Source of the DNA: a virus
Taxonomy: Duplodnaviria > Heunggongvirae > Uroviricota > Caudoviricetes
Length of the DNA: 6,947 nucleotides
Virus record (IMG/VR): IMGVR_UViG_2529292882_000008
Direction: 5' to 3' (one strand)
The stretch's first letter is position 1. The number at the start of each line of letters is the position of its first letter. A model generated the notes under the pieces. That model ran no database searches, had not been told where the DNA came from, and saw nothing but the letters and a program-made list of their open reading frames with translations. The position numbers and the translations under genes were made by a program. This document shows positions 1 to 6,947 of this stretch, piece by piece.

Positions 1-119
1 TAAGCAATGGCACTCAGCGTTTTTTCACGGGCCTGAGGCCAGCTACCCGGCAGGCGCTGTTCAATATTCTGTTCTGTACGGGCAATCAGCGATGATAATG
101 TCGGTGGTGAATAAGCCAT
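1..119 (-). CDS. Baseplate J-like protein (Mu gp47-like), N-terminal 39 codons only; gene continues beyond the window start
   Basis: Minus-strand ATG at 119-117 sits directly after the TAA of the upstream gene (TAAATG). The frame is open to position 1 and translates MAYSPPTLSSLIARTEQNIEQRLPGSWPQAREKTLSAIA, which resembles baseplate-J N-termini. Position after a gp46-family gene matches Mu-like baseplate order. Not in the ORF track because it is truncated. Confidence 0.55.
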   Translation of the reverse strand, partial: MAYSPPTLSSLIARTEQNIEQRLPGSWPQAREKTLSAIA

Positions 120-557
120 TTAAACCCCGTTAAATGCTGCTTTAAACTCATAAGGAATAACGGAACCATCCGGTAATGTCAGTGCAATGTAGAGGTATAA
201 CCAGCCCTGATGTAACTGTTCCGCTCTGACGTTAATCGCACTTACCCGGCCCGCTGTTTTCAGCCATTCCAGCGCCTCTTCGGCATACCCTCTGGCGCGT
301 TCCAGCGTATCCGGCGTGGCTTTTTCACGTGACAACAGCCACAACCGCGAACCGATGGGGCGGTCGCGGTAACTGTCACCCCACCATCCACGGCGATCAT
401 CTGAACCATCCGGCAGGGTGTCAGAATCCAGCGCGCGCCGGTCGGTAAACAGGGAGATTGTCACATCGGTTGTCAGACTGTCGTCGGTCAGCATATCAAT
501 GCCATCCTGTGCAATATCGCCGCGTCCGTTCGTCCAGATAATGGCTAAATCGGTCAT
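120..557 (-). CDS. Baseplate wedge protein, phage GP46 family (Mu gp46-like; T4 gp25 / P2 W class)
   Basis: 145-aa ORF containing the DRRGWWGD motif region typical of the GP46 family as I recall it. Its ATG (557-555) overlaps the upstream stop in an ATGA arrangement, indicating translational coupling. Stop TAA at 122-120. Confidence 0.85.
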   Translation of the reverse strand: MTDLAIIWTNGRGDIAQDGIDMLTDDSLTTDVTISLFTDRRALDSDTLPDGSDDRRGWWGDSYRDRPIGSRLWLLSREKATPDTLERARGYAEEALEWLKTAGRVSAINVRAEQLHQGWLYLYIALTLPDGSVIPYEFKAAFNGV

Positions 558-1147
558 TGCATTGGCCCCGTGGTTCCGCCGCTGTCGCCACGGTGGATAT
601 GCTTATCCGTCGATTTGCCATTGATGATGGCATCCGGGGCAGTAATATTGCTGTCGAACTGGCTTTTACCTTTAACGCCCAGACCTTTCTGGATCTCAAC
701 GTCGCCGGTAAACGTGGTTCTGGGTGTATCAACGGTCATACCTTCATCAGCGTAAACCTCAACCGTTTTACAGGTAATGATACAGCGCCCGTCCTTTGTC
801 AGCCTGATACGATGCCCCTCGTGGTGGTAAATGCCTGCATCACCCGGTTCAAGATTTGTCGGGCGGTAGCGGCGGTCTTCCACCACAACAGCAATCCCCT
901 GATCACGTTGTGCGCCCACACAGGCAATCAGCGCCTCTGCGCCCGGCAGAGGAACGCTGAAATGCCCGTAATTTTGCAGGCGCTCCACTTCATCAGATTC
1001 CTCATCATCCAGCAGACCGACCTGCAGGTTCTGAACCTTTCGCCCGTCGTTAATCACGTTAACAACAGCGCGCGCAAGCATCAGGCGCACACGACGCATC
1101 AGCGGCATCAGCAGGCGGTTCATGGCGGAATCATTTACTCTTTCCAC
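554..1147 (-). CDS. Baseplate spike / assembly protein V family (Mu gp45-like)
   Basis: 197-codon ORF whose sequence (GDAGIYHHEGHRIRLTKDG...GDVEIQKG...HIHRGDSGGTTGP) resembles Mu gp45 / P2 V-type spike proteins. Start is ambiguous: GTG at 1147-1145 (GGAG about 11 nt upstream, overlaps the upstream stop) or in-frame ATG at 1123-1121 (no clear Shine-Dalgarno). Stop overlaps the gp46 start. Confidence 0.8.
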   Translation of the reverse strand: MERVNDSAMNRLLMPLMRRVRLMLARAVVNVINDGRKVQNLQVGLLDDEESDEVERLQNYGHFSVPLPGAEALIACVGAQRDQGIAVVVEDRRYRPTNLEPGDAGIYHHEGHRIRLTKDGRCIITCKTVEVYADEGMTVDTPRTTFTGDVEIQKGLGVKGKSQFDSNITAPDAIINGKSTDKHIHRGDSGGTTGPMQ

Positions 1148-2274
1148 GGCGGCGTTTTCTCCGGGTGTCTGCGATAATAATCTTCAACCAGCGCATCAAT
1201 ACCGCCGTTACTGTCGCCGCCTTTCCTGTTTTTACGGTCGCTTTCAACCGGCACCAGAAAGCCTTCGCGTGGTGCAAGGCTAACGCGGGTTTTCAGCCCG
1301 TCCTGGTCATTCAGTATCAGGGTGACTTTGCTGACCAGTAATTCCGTGGTTTTGATGGCATATTTCGAGGCATCAATAGTGACCAGCAGGTTCGGCATCC
1401 AGAGTTGCCCATCCTTGCGAGTCCATCCGTCAATTTCTGCCTCAAAGGTTATGGATTTTGCCAGTCTGCGGCGTTGCTCACGCAGGGCGCGGGCCTGTGC
1501 ATCCTTCGCCGTAATTTTGCTGTCAGCAATGATGATCATCGGTCTGTAACGGGTCACATCACTGTCAGTGGCGGTCCCTTTCCGGGAGACGATACTTTTC
1601 GCATCAATATCATCACCCTCAGCACCGTTTGCGCGGGCATACCCCTTGACGGTGTATTCGCTGAACCGGTCGCGGAAGTCTTCCTCAAAATCCAGTGTCA
1701 GCAGATTTTCTCCGAGAACCAGCTCATCAGTGGCTGTGCTGGCAGCCCGGCTGAATACCAGCTCTCCTGCGGCATTGCTGGTCATCAGTACACCGCGTGC
1801 GCGGGAGGCACGCACCAGCGCCTCATAAACGGTTTCTGAATGGTCCAGCGTAAAAGACGGAAACGGCGCGGTGCTTTCCTTGTCTGTCAGCTCCTGGCGA
1901 ACGGTAACGCCATAAGGAGCGCACAGGTCACGCGCAATCTGCTCCAGTGTGCGGTTTTTCCACTGCCCGCCACTGTAAACGGCAGCACAGTCAATCAGGT
2001 CAGCCGTTTTGTCACGCCCGGCAACAATGATTTTCATACTGTCAGCGGTCATCTGACGTCGCCGCGAATCGATATAACCGGTGCAGACAATCTGTCCCCC
2101 GATTTCCAGCGTGAACGCCTTCCCCGGTGCCAGCCCGGATAAATCCGTACCCGGTGGCACATTCACCCCCAGCTCAAAATATCCGGCTACGGATTCAATC
2201 GAGCGGGTGACAGAGACTGACGTCCAGCCGGTAAAAAGCCTGCCATCCGCTCGCAGCGTGACGGTATTACTCAT
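1135..2274 (-). CDS. Baseplate hub protein, phage late control D family (Mu gp44 / P2 gpD-like)
   Basis: 379-aa ORF with N-terminus [28 protein letters not shown], typical of Mu P / gpD-family hub proteins. Shine-Dalgarno GAGGTG (plus-strand 2279-2284) lies 4 nt before the ATG at 2274-2272. The start overlaps the upstream gene's stop by 8 nt. Confidence 0.85.
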   Translation of the reverse strand: MSNTVTLRADGRLFTGWTSVSVTRSIESVAGYFELGVNVPPGTDLSGLAPGKAFTLEIGGQIVCTGYIDSRRRQMTADSMKIIVAGRDKTADLIDCAAVYSGGQWKNRTLEQIARDLCAPYGVTVRQELTDKESTAPFPSFTLDHSETVYEALVRASRARGVLMTSNAAGELVFSRAASTATDELVLGENLLTLDFEEDFRDRFSEYTVKGYARANGAEGDDIDAKSIVSRKGTATDSDVTRYRPMIIIADSKITAKDAQARALREQRRRLAKSITFEAEIDGWTRKDGQLWMPNLLVTIDASKYAIKTTELLVSKVTLILNDQDGLKTRVSLAPREGFLVPVESDRKNRKGGDSNGGIDALVEDYYRRHPEKTPPWKE

Positions 2275-3754
2275 TAATCACCTCAATACTGACACCACCG
2301 GGAACAAACAACGGGTTGCTGATACCGTTCCTGCGGGCCAGCCGTTGCCAGTTCCGGCTGTTTCCTGTGTAACGGTACAGGGCCACCATTGCAGGCATCG
2401 TCTCCGGCAGGCGGTGCGTTTCACTACCCGCCAGTTGCAGCCCACGTTTTTCCAAGTCGGCAACAACCAGCAGACGCAGTTGCGTAAGCTGAACACTGTC
2501 TGTCGAAAAGCCCTGCTCAGATGCCGTCAGAATGACACTATCCAGCGCCGCCCCCAGCATGGCAGCGGTTTTTCCGATATCGGACACACTTTCAAATACC
2601 GGGGGCGTGGCTGTACCACTGTCTGAAAAGGATACCGGTGAAAAGCCGCCGTCCGGGGTTATCCCGGTTAACTGCAACTGGCTTTGTGTGACCGTGGACG
2701 ATGTGCTGCTGGCACCACTGGCGATGCCGGTTGTTGTGACTGATACATCCAGCACCGGTGCGCGGGCGGCATTATCCATCTGACGGCTGGAATCCAGTGC
2801 CGCAGTCAGTGCCTGGCTGGCAGCCTCCGCCCGGTATGTCTGCGCCGCTGCCAGCATGACGTAGTTCAGTGTGGCAATATTTTTTTCTGCAACCGGGCTG
2901 CTGTATGAAGTGGTAATGGCACCTTGCCTGTCAGTGGTGGAGGCATGTCGGCTTTCGAACCGCTGCGCCAGACGGTTCCAGGTGGAAAATGCTGTCCGGG
3001 TATCGCATAACGATGAAACGCCGGACAGCGCCCCCATCAGCGAGGAGGCCAGCATGGCAGGCTGGTTAATCAGGCTGGTCACAGAGCCTTTCATCGCAGA
3101 AAGCGATCCCATCAGACCGCTGACAGTCTGCGTAACCCCCAGATTGTCCACCGCATCACTGATATCATCGATGACACCGGTGACAGCATCCATCACGGCG
3201 GTTGCCGCCGCAGTGCCATCTTTTACGGTCTGCCAGACAGAGGACAACGTATCCCCCAGAGAACCGGTTACAGCAACGGCCTGCGCAGATACGGCTGCAC
3301 TGGTGTCTGTCTCTGCGTCCGGGGCAGTATCCTGCAACGACGGATAAACGGTAACGGTGAACGTGTAATAATTCAGTTCATCCGCTTTAGTACGGCATTC
3401 CCATGAATCCACCATGACGTCCACAGTGCCGAAATCAGGATGCACCAGCTCACCGCTACCCGGAGCATCAAGAGCATCCATCAGCGCACCCGCTTCATCT
3501 CTGGCAGTCTCTGCGTTGCTGTTCAGAATGCAGACGCTGAATGTACGGGAGCGAAGCTTTTTCCCCAGGTCATTGACGCCGCCGGTATCACGTAACGGGT
3601 ACTCGCGTTTAACCAGACGACGTCCGCCAGCCTGTTTTTGCTCCTCAATGACGAGAAACGGCACGTTACGGAACGTGCCTTTGCCGGTTGTTTTCTTACC
3701 ACCGCCGATTTTATCCCGGACAGAATTAACGGCATTTAAAGCATCTTCAAACAT
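2267..3754 (-). CDS. Tail / DNA circularisation protein (Mu gp43 N-like)
   Basis: 495-aa ORF. The N-terminal ~120 aa ([18 protein letters not shown]...[19 protein letters not shown]) resemble the DNA-circularisation N-terminal domain of Mu-like phages. The central part is Ser/Thr/Ala-rich low complexity. Starts 4 nt after the tape measure stop. Confidence 0.8.
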   Translation of the reverse strand: MFEDALNAVNSVRDKIGGGKKTTGKGTFRNVPFLVIEEQKQAGGRRLVKREYPLRDTGGVNDLGKKLRSRTFSVCILNSNAETARDEAGALMDALDAPGSGELVHPDFGTVDVMVDSWECRTKADELNYYTFTVTVYPSLQDTAPDAETDTSAAVSAQAVAVTGSLGDTLSSVWQTVKDGTAAATAVMDAVTGVIDDISDAVDNLGVTQTVSGLMGSLSAMKGSVTSLINQPAMLASSLMGALSGVSSLCDTRTAFSTWNRLAQRFESRHASTTDRQGAITTSYSSPVAEKNIATLNYVMLAAAQTYRAEAASQALTAALDSSRQMDNAARAPVLDVSVTTTGIASGASSTSSTVTQSQLQLTGITPDGGFSPVSFSDSGTATPPVFESVSDIGKTAAMLGAALDSVILTASEQGFSTDSVQLTQLRLLVVADLEKRGLQLAGSETHRLPETMPAMVALYRYTGNSRNWQRLARRNGISNPLFVPGGVSIEVINE

Positions 3755-3758
3755 GGTT

Positions 3759-5870
3759 TTACCAGCCTGTAATGTAGTTATCGCCCGCGTAAATATTCAG
3801 CCCCATACCATCCTCGGTGACGCGGGAACTGGTCAGACGTAATCCTTCGCCAAGCTCGACGCGCAGCGATGCTTCCGCATTCACTTTTTGCTCCTGCGGT
3901 TCCCTTTCCGGGGCCGTCCATTTCTGATACAGGTCAGTCACAAAACCGCCCAGATATTCCCCGGCGACACTGCCCAGCGTGGCACCGGCAACCGTGCCCA
4001 GCGGTCCGGCAAGGCTGCCAACAGCACCGCCGAGCCAGGCGCCGGCAGTGCTGCCAATTGCTCCGGCTTTTTCATGAGTTGATGCCTGTTCATCCATCAG
4101 AACGGGAGCAAGCTGGAGTGCCCCCATCACCGGACCGCCAAGACGTGACAGTGCACGACCCGCGCCTTTCCCCATCCAGCCCAGTGCCCCGGCCCCTTTT
4201 GTCACAACCCGACCAATGGCACTGTCTGCAAGTTTGTTTCCGATACCGGAAAACAACCCGCCAACGGTACGACCGGCACCAGCCAGCTTTCCGATTGTTC
4301 CCGTAACCAGTTGTCCGGCAGCACTGCCTGCAAGCCTGCTCAACAGACCGGATTTGCCGGGTAAAGGTAACGATGCGTGCCGTGTGGCACCCGGCGCACC
4401 GGGAGATGGCAATGCCAGTACCGGGGACGGTGCAGGTAATGCCAGTGGTTTCGGTGCTGGTAATGCGGGAACAGTGCGTGGGGCCGGAAGTGCCAGCGGT
4501 TGTGGCCCGGACAGCAATAACGGCTGGCGGGGCAATGCTGCCGGTGTTTTACCTCCGTATCGGGAAAATCCGCCATATCCACCGAACCCGTTGGGCCAGT
4601 TAGTCACAAAAACGCGCTGAACTGTCAGTTCCCGCAGTAGTTCTGTAGCAGGTAGCGCATCCGGTGCCGGAATGCCTGTCTGTCCATGTTTGCGTTTTCG
4701 CATCCAGCGCCACATACGACGCCCGGTTTTGAACGGATAGCTGGCAACCTGCCATGATGGCTTCGCCACGGCCCAGCCCGCCCTCAGTGCTTTATTGGCA
4801 AGCCAGACAGACACCAGAACAGCAGCCAGTTTTTTCAGGCTGACAATATTCTGGTCAACCCATGCCAGCGCATCTTTACCCGGTTTCAGCCAGCGCCATA
4901 ATTCCTGCGCCGCGATTTTTACCGTTCTGAACGTGGTCAGAAATTTCTGACCAATGTTTTCTGCCAGTGCGTCAAGCTCCCCGGATTTATCCGCCACATC
5001 GTGCCAGTTAAGCACCCGGCGCATCTCGTTCTTGATTTCTTCAAAGGGGCCGCTGTTTGCCACCTTTATGCGAAATTCAAGCAGGTTAGCTTCCATCTGG
5101 GCGAACATCCCGTCCCAGGAGTTCATCGCACTGGCCTGTGCACCTTTTGACTGTTCTGACAGCGTTCTGAATACCGTCAGAATGGATTTCAGACCCAGCT
5201 TGCCTTTTTCACTTTGTTTGCGGATATCCTTAACGTCTTTACCCAGCGCATCAGCCAGCGTCTGGTAAACGTTAATACCGTAACCGGTCAGCAGGTTGGC
5301 ATCCGCCGCTGTGATTTGCTGGCGGGCAAACATCTGTTTCAGTTGCAGTGAGGCACCCTGTGCAGTGGGTAAATCCCAGCCGTGCATGGCCCCCTGATCC
5401 TGCAACATGGTGATGAACTGCTTCGTCTGTTCATCCGTCATGCCAAAGCCTTTCGACGAGCGAATTTCATCCAGAACGCCGCCCAGCCCCCACGTGGTAT
5501 CCTTCGCGTTCTGCTTCGCCCAGGCCATCATTGCCTGCGCTCTGGCCTTATCGCCGTGATACAGCGAGTTCATGGCGATAATCTGCTGCTCACGCTGAGC
5601 GGCTGCACCAATAAACAGTTTATTGGCGGTGTAACCCACCCCAGCAACACCCAGCGCCCCGGCTGACAGCATTCGGAATGTACGGGTTGACAGAGAACCC
5701 ATTCTGTCAATGGCACCAGAAACGCGCACAACCTCCATACGCAGGGCACGAAGGGAACTTTGCCCACTACGGGACAGGGCGTTTATCTGGTTCGAATACT
5801 GGCGGGAACGCCGGGAAAGATTGCCATTAAGATCAATAATGACAGACGCCTTTAAGCGTTTCCCGGTCAT
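3759..5870 (-). CDS. Tail tape measure protein (Mu gp42-like)
   Basis: 703-aa ORF, the longest in the cluster, located between the chaperone and baseplate genes. The N-terminal half looks helical; the C-terminal half has a basic Arg/Trp patch, a Gly/Tyr-rich segment, LPAP repeats and a long glycine-zipper-like hydrophobic segment. Shine-Dalgarno AGGAAA (plus-strand 5876-5881) lies 5 nt before the ATG at 5870-5868. Confidence 0.85.
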   Translation of the reverse strand: MTGKRLKASVIIDLNGNLSRRSRQYSNQINALSRSGQSSLRALRMEVVRVSGAIDRMGSLSTRTFRMLSAGALGVAGVGYTANKLFIGAAAQREQQIIAMNSLYHGDKARAQAMMAWAKQNAKDTTWGLGGVLDEIRSSKGFGMTDEQTKQFITMLQDQGAMHGWDLPTAQGASLQLKQMFARQQITAADANLLTGYGINVYQTLADALGKDVKDIRKQSEKGKLGLKSILTVFRTLSEQSKGAQASAMNSWDGMFAQMEANLLEFRIKVANSGPFEEIKNEMRRVLNWHDVADKSGELDALAENIGQKFLTTFRTVKIAAQELWRWLKPGKDALAWVDQNIVSLKKLAAVLVSVWLANKALRAGWAVAKPSWQVASYPFKTGRRMWRWMRKRKHGQTGIPAPDALPATELLRELTVQRVFVTNWPNGFGGYGGFSRYGGKTPAALPRQPLLLSGPQPLALPAPRTVPALPAPKPLALPAPSPVLALPSPGAPGATRHASLPLPGKSGLLSRLAGSAAGQLVTGTIGKLAGAGRTVGGLFSGIGNKLADSAIGRVVTKGAGALGWMGKGAGRALSRLGGPVMGALQLAPVLMDEQASTHEKAGAIGSTAGAWLGGAVGSLAGPLGTVAGATLGSVAGEYLGGFVTDLYQKWTAPEREPQEQKVNAEASLRVELGEGLRLTSSRVTEDGMGLNIYAGDNYITGW
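4386..4508 (-). repeat. Imperfect in-frame tandem repeats (period ~23-28 nt, about 4 copies) inside the tape measure gene, encoding (P)LALPAP-type repeats
   Basis: Plus-strand units ggcaatgccagtaccgg (4408), ggtaatgccagtggttt (4435), ggtaatgcgggaacagt (4458) and ggaagtgccagcggttg (4486). The encoded protein segment is [36 protein letters not shown] (about aa 455-495). Confidence 0.5.
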
Positions 5871-5884
5871 AGATATTTCCTGAT

Positions 5885-6055
5885 TTAACGGTGATATTGA
5901 GAGAGGGTTTTAGCCTGCTGGCAGTGCCGGAAAAAGCGGGACAGCGGAAGAGACAAGGCCCATTCCGGGCCACTTTTCAGAATAACGCCAATCGCTGTCG
6001 CCGCTTTCTCAATATCATTCCGGCACCGCAGCCACTCGCCCCCGTTCTTGCGTCA
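5885..6055 (-). other. Putative frameshift-accessed extension of the tail assembly chaperone (lambda G/GT-like arrangement); hypothesis only
   Basis: The +1 frame relative to the chaperone is open from just after an in-frame TGA (6055-6053) to a TAA at 5887-5885, about 55 codons (RKNGGEWLRCRNDIEKAATAIGVILKSGPEWALSLPLSRFFRHCQQAKTLSQYHR). It has no ATG/GTG start of its own and ends 14 nt before the tape measure ATG. Confidence 0.3.
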
Positions 6056-6449
6056 GCGATGCCGCCACAGCCATGTCGTGCATCTCTGTAGCCAGCGACA
6101 GACGCTGGAAGTCATCAACAGACAGCTTGCGCATCAGCGCCAGCGATAACGGGCCTTTGATGCAACCCACGCTGGCAATCTGTCGGCGCAGCATTTCCAG
6201 TCCCATCCGGGACGGGGAACTGACCAGCACCGGGCCTTCCTTGCTCATTACCAGCTTTTCAGCAGCCGCCTGAGCATCAATCAGATCGCCTGCGGTCAGT
6301 TCACGCAGTGTCACGTCATACTGCATTTCAGTCTCGTCACAGGTGCCGAACGGCAGGCCGTCTTTCAGTTTCAGCACACCGGACTGAAGCTCTGCCACAA
6401 TACTGTCACGCAGTTCCTGTGCTTCAGGACCTAAATTCATTTCGTCCAT
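6015..6449 (-). CDS. Tail assembly chaperone (Mu gp41 / lambda G-like position)
   Basis: 144-aa acidic ORF sitting between the tail tube and tape measure genes, the conserved chaperone position. Shine-Dalgarno AAGGGGA (plus-strand 6454-6460) precedes the ATG at 6449-6447. The assignment rests mainly on synteny. Confidence 0.65.
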   Translation of the reverse strand: MDEMNLGPEAQELRDSIVAELQSGVLKLKDGLPFGTCDETEMQYDVTLRELTAGDLIDAQAAAEKLVMSKEGPVLVSSPSRMGLEMLRRQIASVGCIKGPLSLALMRKLSVDDFQRLSLATEMHDMAVAASLTQERGRVAAVPE

Positions 6450-6458
6450 TGTTTCCCC

Positions 6459-6815
6459 TTATGCAATGCGTTTGCTTTGTTTTGCCATCAGTACCAGCGA
6501 AATTTCGCCGCCGTCGTTTTTCGGTTCATCTGCCTGCCAGGCATTCGCCATCATCCAGGTTTCACCGGTATCTGCCTGAAACTCTGCCGTGATGTTTTCC
6601 CAGCCGATGATTTCATCCAGACCGATATCACCACCGCCCGGAATTTTGCATTCCAGCTTTGCGGCACGGGGTTTACCTTTCCAGCCATAAACCCGCGAGC
6701 CGGTCACTTCTTCACGGGTGATGCCGGAAGGTGTGAAGGAGGCACCTTCCATCGTTTCAAGCTCCATGCCATTGACACGGATGAACGCCACCCCCTGACG
6801 CTGATTTCCAGCCAT
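6459..6815 (-). CDS. Tail tube protein (Mu gp40-like)
   Basis: 118-aa ORF immediately downstream of the sheath gene and upstream of the chaperone. Size and position fit myovirus tube proteins. Strong Shine-Dalgarno AAGGAG about 6 nt before the ATG at 6815-6813. Confidence 0.7.
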   Translation of the reverse strand: MAGNQRQGVAFIRVNGMELETMEGASFTPSGITREEVTGSRVYGWKGKPRAAKLECKIPGGGDIGLDEIIGWENITAEFQADTGETWMMANAWQADEPKNDGGEISLVLMAKQSKRIA

Positions 6816-6820
6816 AAATG

Positions 6821-6826
6821 CTCCTT
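6821..6826 (-). promoter_or_regulatory. Ribosome-binding site (AAGGAG) for the tail tube gene, overlapping the sheath stop codon
   Basis: Plus-strand ctcctt at 6821-6826 gives AAGGAG on the minus strand, followed by a short spacer and the ATG at 6815-6813. Confidence 0.6.
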
Positions 6827-6947
6827 ACAGAATGAACTGAACTTGTGCCGCGAAAATGCGGAACTGGTTAATCAGATTCGGGCCGCACAGCACATCAAGA
6901 CGGTCTTTGTCGTCCTTGTTACGTGCCACATACAGCTCCTCTTTGAA
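6825..6947 (-). CDS. Tail sheath protein, C-terminal 40 codons only (Mu gp39-like); gene starts beyond the window end
   Basis: Minus-strand frame is open from the window edge to TAA at 6827-6825 and translates ...[40 protein letters not shown]. Its position directly upstream of the tube gene is the conserved sheath position. The fragment is too short for a strong family call. Confidence 0.5.

Noticed and set aside
496-732. Minus-strand alternative-frame ORFs (496-732, 2278-2496, 3523-3735, 4340-4582, 5570-5767)
   Set aside because: All are fully nested out of frame inside the larger homology-supported genes. Their composition (for example the His/Arg/Trp-rich 4340-4582 product) looks like an overlapping-frame artefact.
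557-1177. Long plus-strand ORFs from the six-frame track (557-1177, 1405-1839, 1840-2142, 2081-2626, 2871-3347, 3414-3842, 3869-4306, 4216-4620, 4954-5268, 5382-5666, 6308-6592 and others) as possible genes
   Set aside because: Each lies antisense to a well-supported minus-strand structural gene. Their translations are Arg/Cys/His/Pro/Ser-rich and low complexity, as expected from antisense reading of GC-rich coding DNA, and they lack credible ribosome-binding sites or operon logic. The minus-strand genes tile the window with coupled junctions.
2880-2886. A7/T7 homopolymer inside the N-like gene as a possible slippage or phase-variation site
   Set aside because: A single 7-nt homopolymer in frame (GAA AAA AAT) is common by chance, and there is no evidence here of an alternative reading frame with coding potential downstream of it.
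5957-5977. Short inverted repeat GGCCC-ATTCC-GGGCC followed by a T4 run on the plus strand, considered as a rho-independent terminator
   Set aside because: The stem is only 5 bp with a 4-T tract, and it is on the non-coding strand of this operon. It lies inside the putative frameshift extension, so at most it might be a minor RNA structure on the coding strand. Not strong enough to call.
1-6947. A hidden defence, toxin or other undescribed accessory system, or a T6SS/eCIS locus instead of a phage tail
   Set aside because: Every sizeable minus-strand ORF maps to a standard Mu-like tail or baseplate role, junctions leave no room for inserted genes, and the DNA-circularisation N-like protein and tape measure arrangement point to a phage tail module. 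No CRISPR repeats, tRNA-like or IS-like terminal inverted repeats were seen.

Overview
The whole 6.9 kb window reads as one tightly packed, minus-strand late operon from a Mu-like contractile-tail phage or prophage. In transcription order (high to low coordinate) it encodes: tail sheath (3' end only), tail tube, tail assembly chaperone, tape measure protein, DNA-circularisation (Mu N-like) protein, baseplate hub, baseplate spike (gp45-like), gp46-family wedge protein, and the first 39 codons of a baseplate J-like protein. Gene junctions are overlapping or within a few nt, except one 144-nt gap between the chaperone and the tape measure. All family assignments come from reading the translated ORFs and their synteny, not from a database search. 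I see no tRNA/rRNA, CRISPR array, IS element or convincing plus-strand gene. I also find no evidence of a separate undescribed system (defence, toxin or cargo) in this window; it looks like an ordinary virion-structural module. The most checkable observations are a probable programmed frameshift extending the chaperone across the 144-nt gap, and a proline-rich tandem-repeat insertion inside the tape measure gene.
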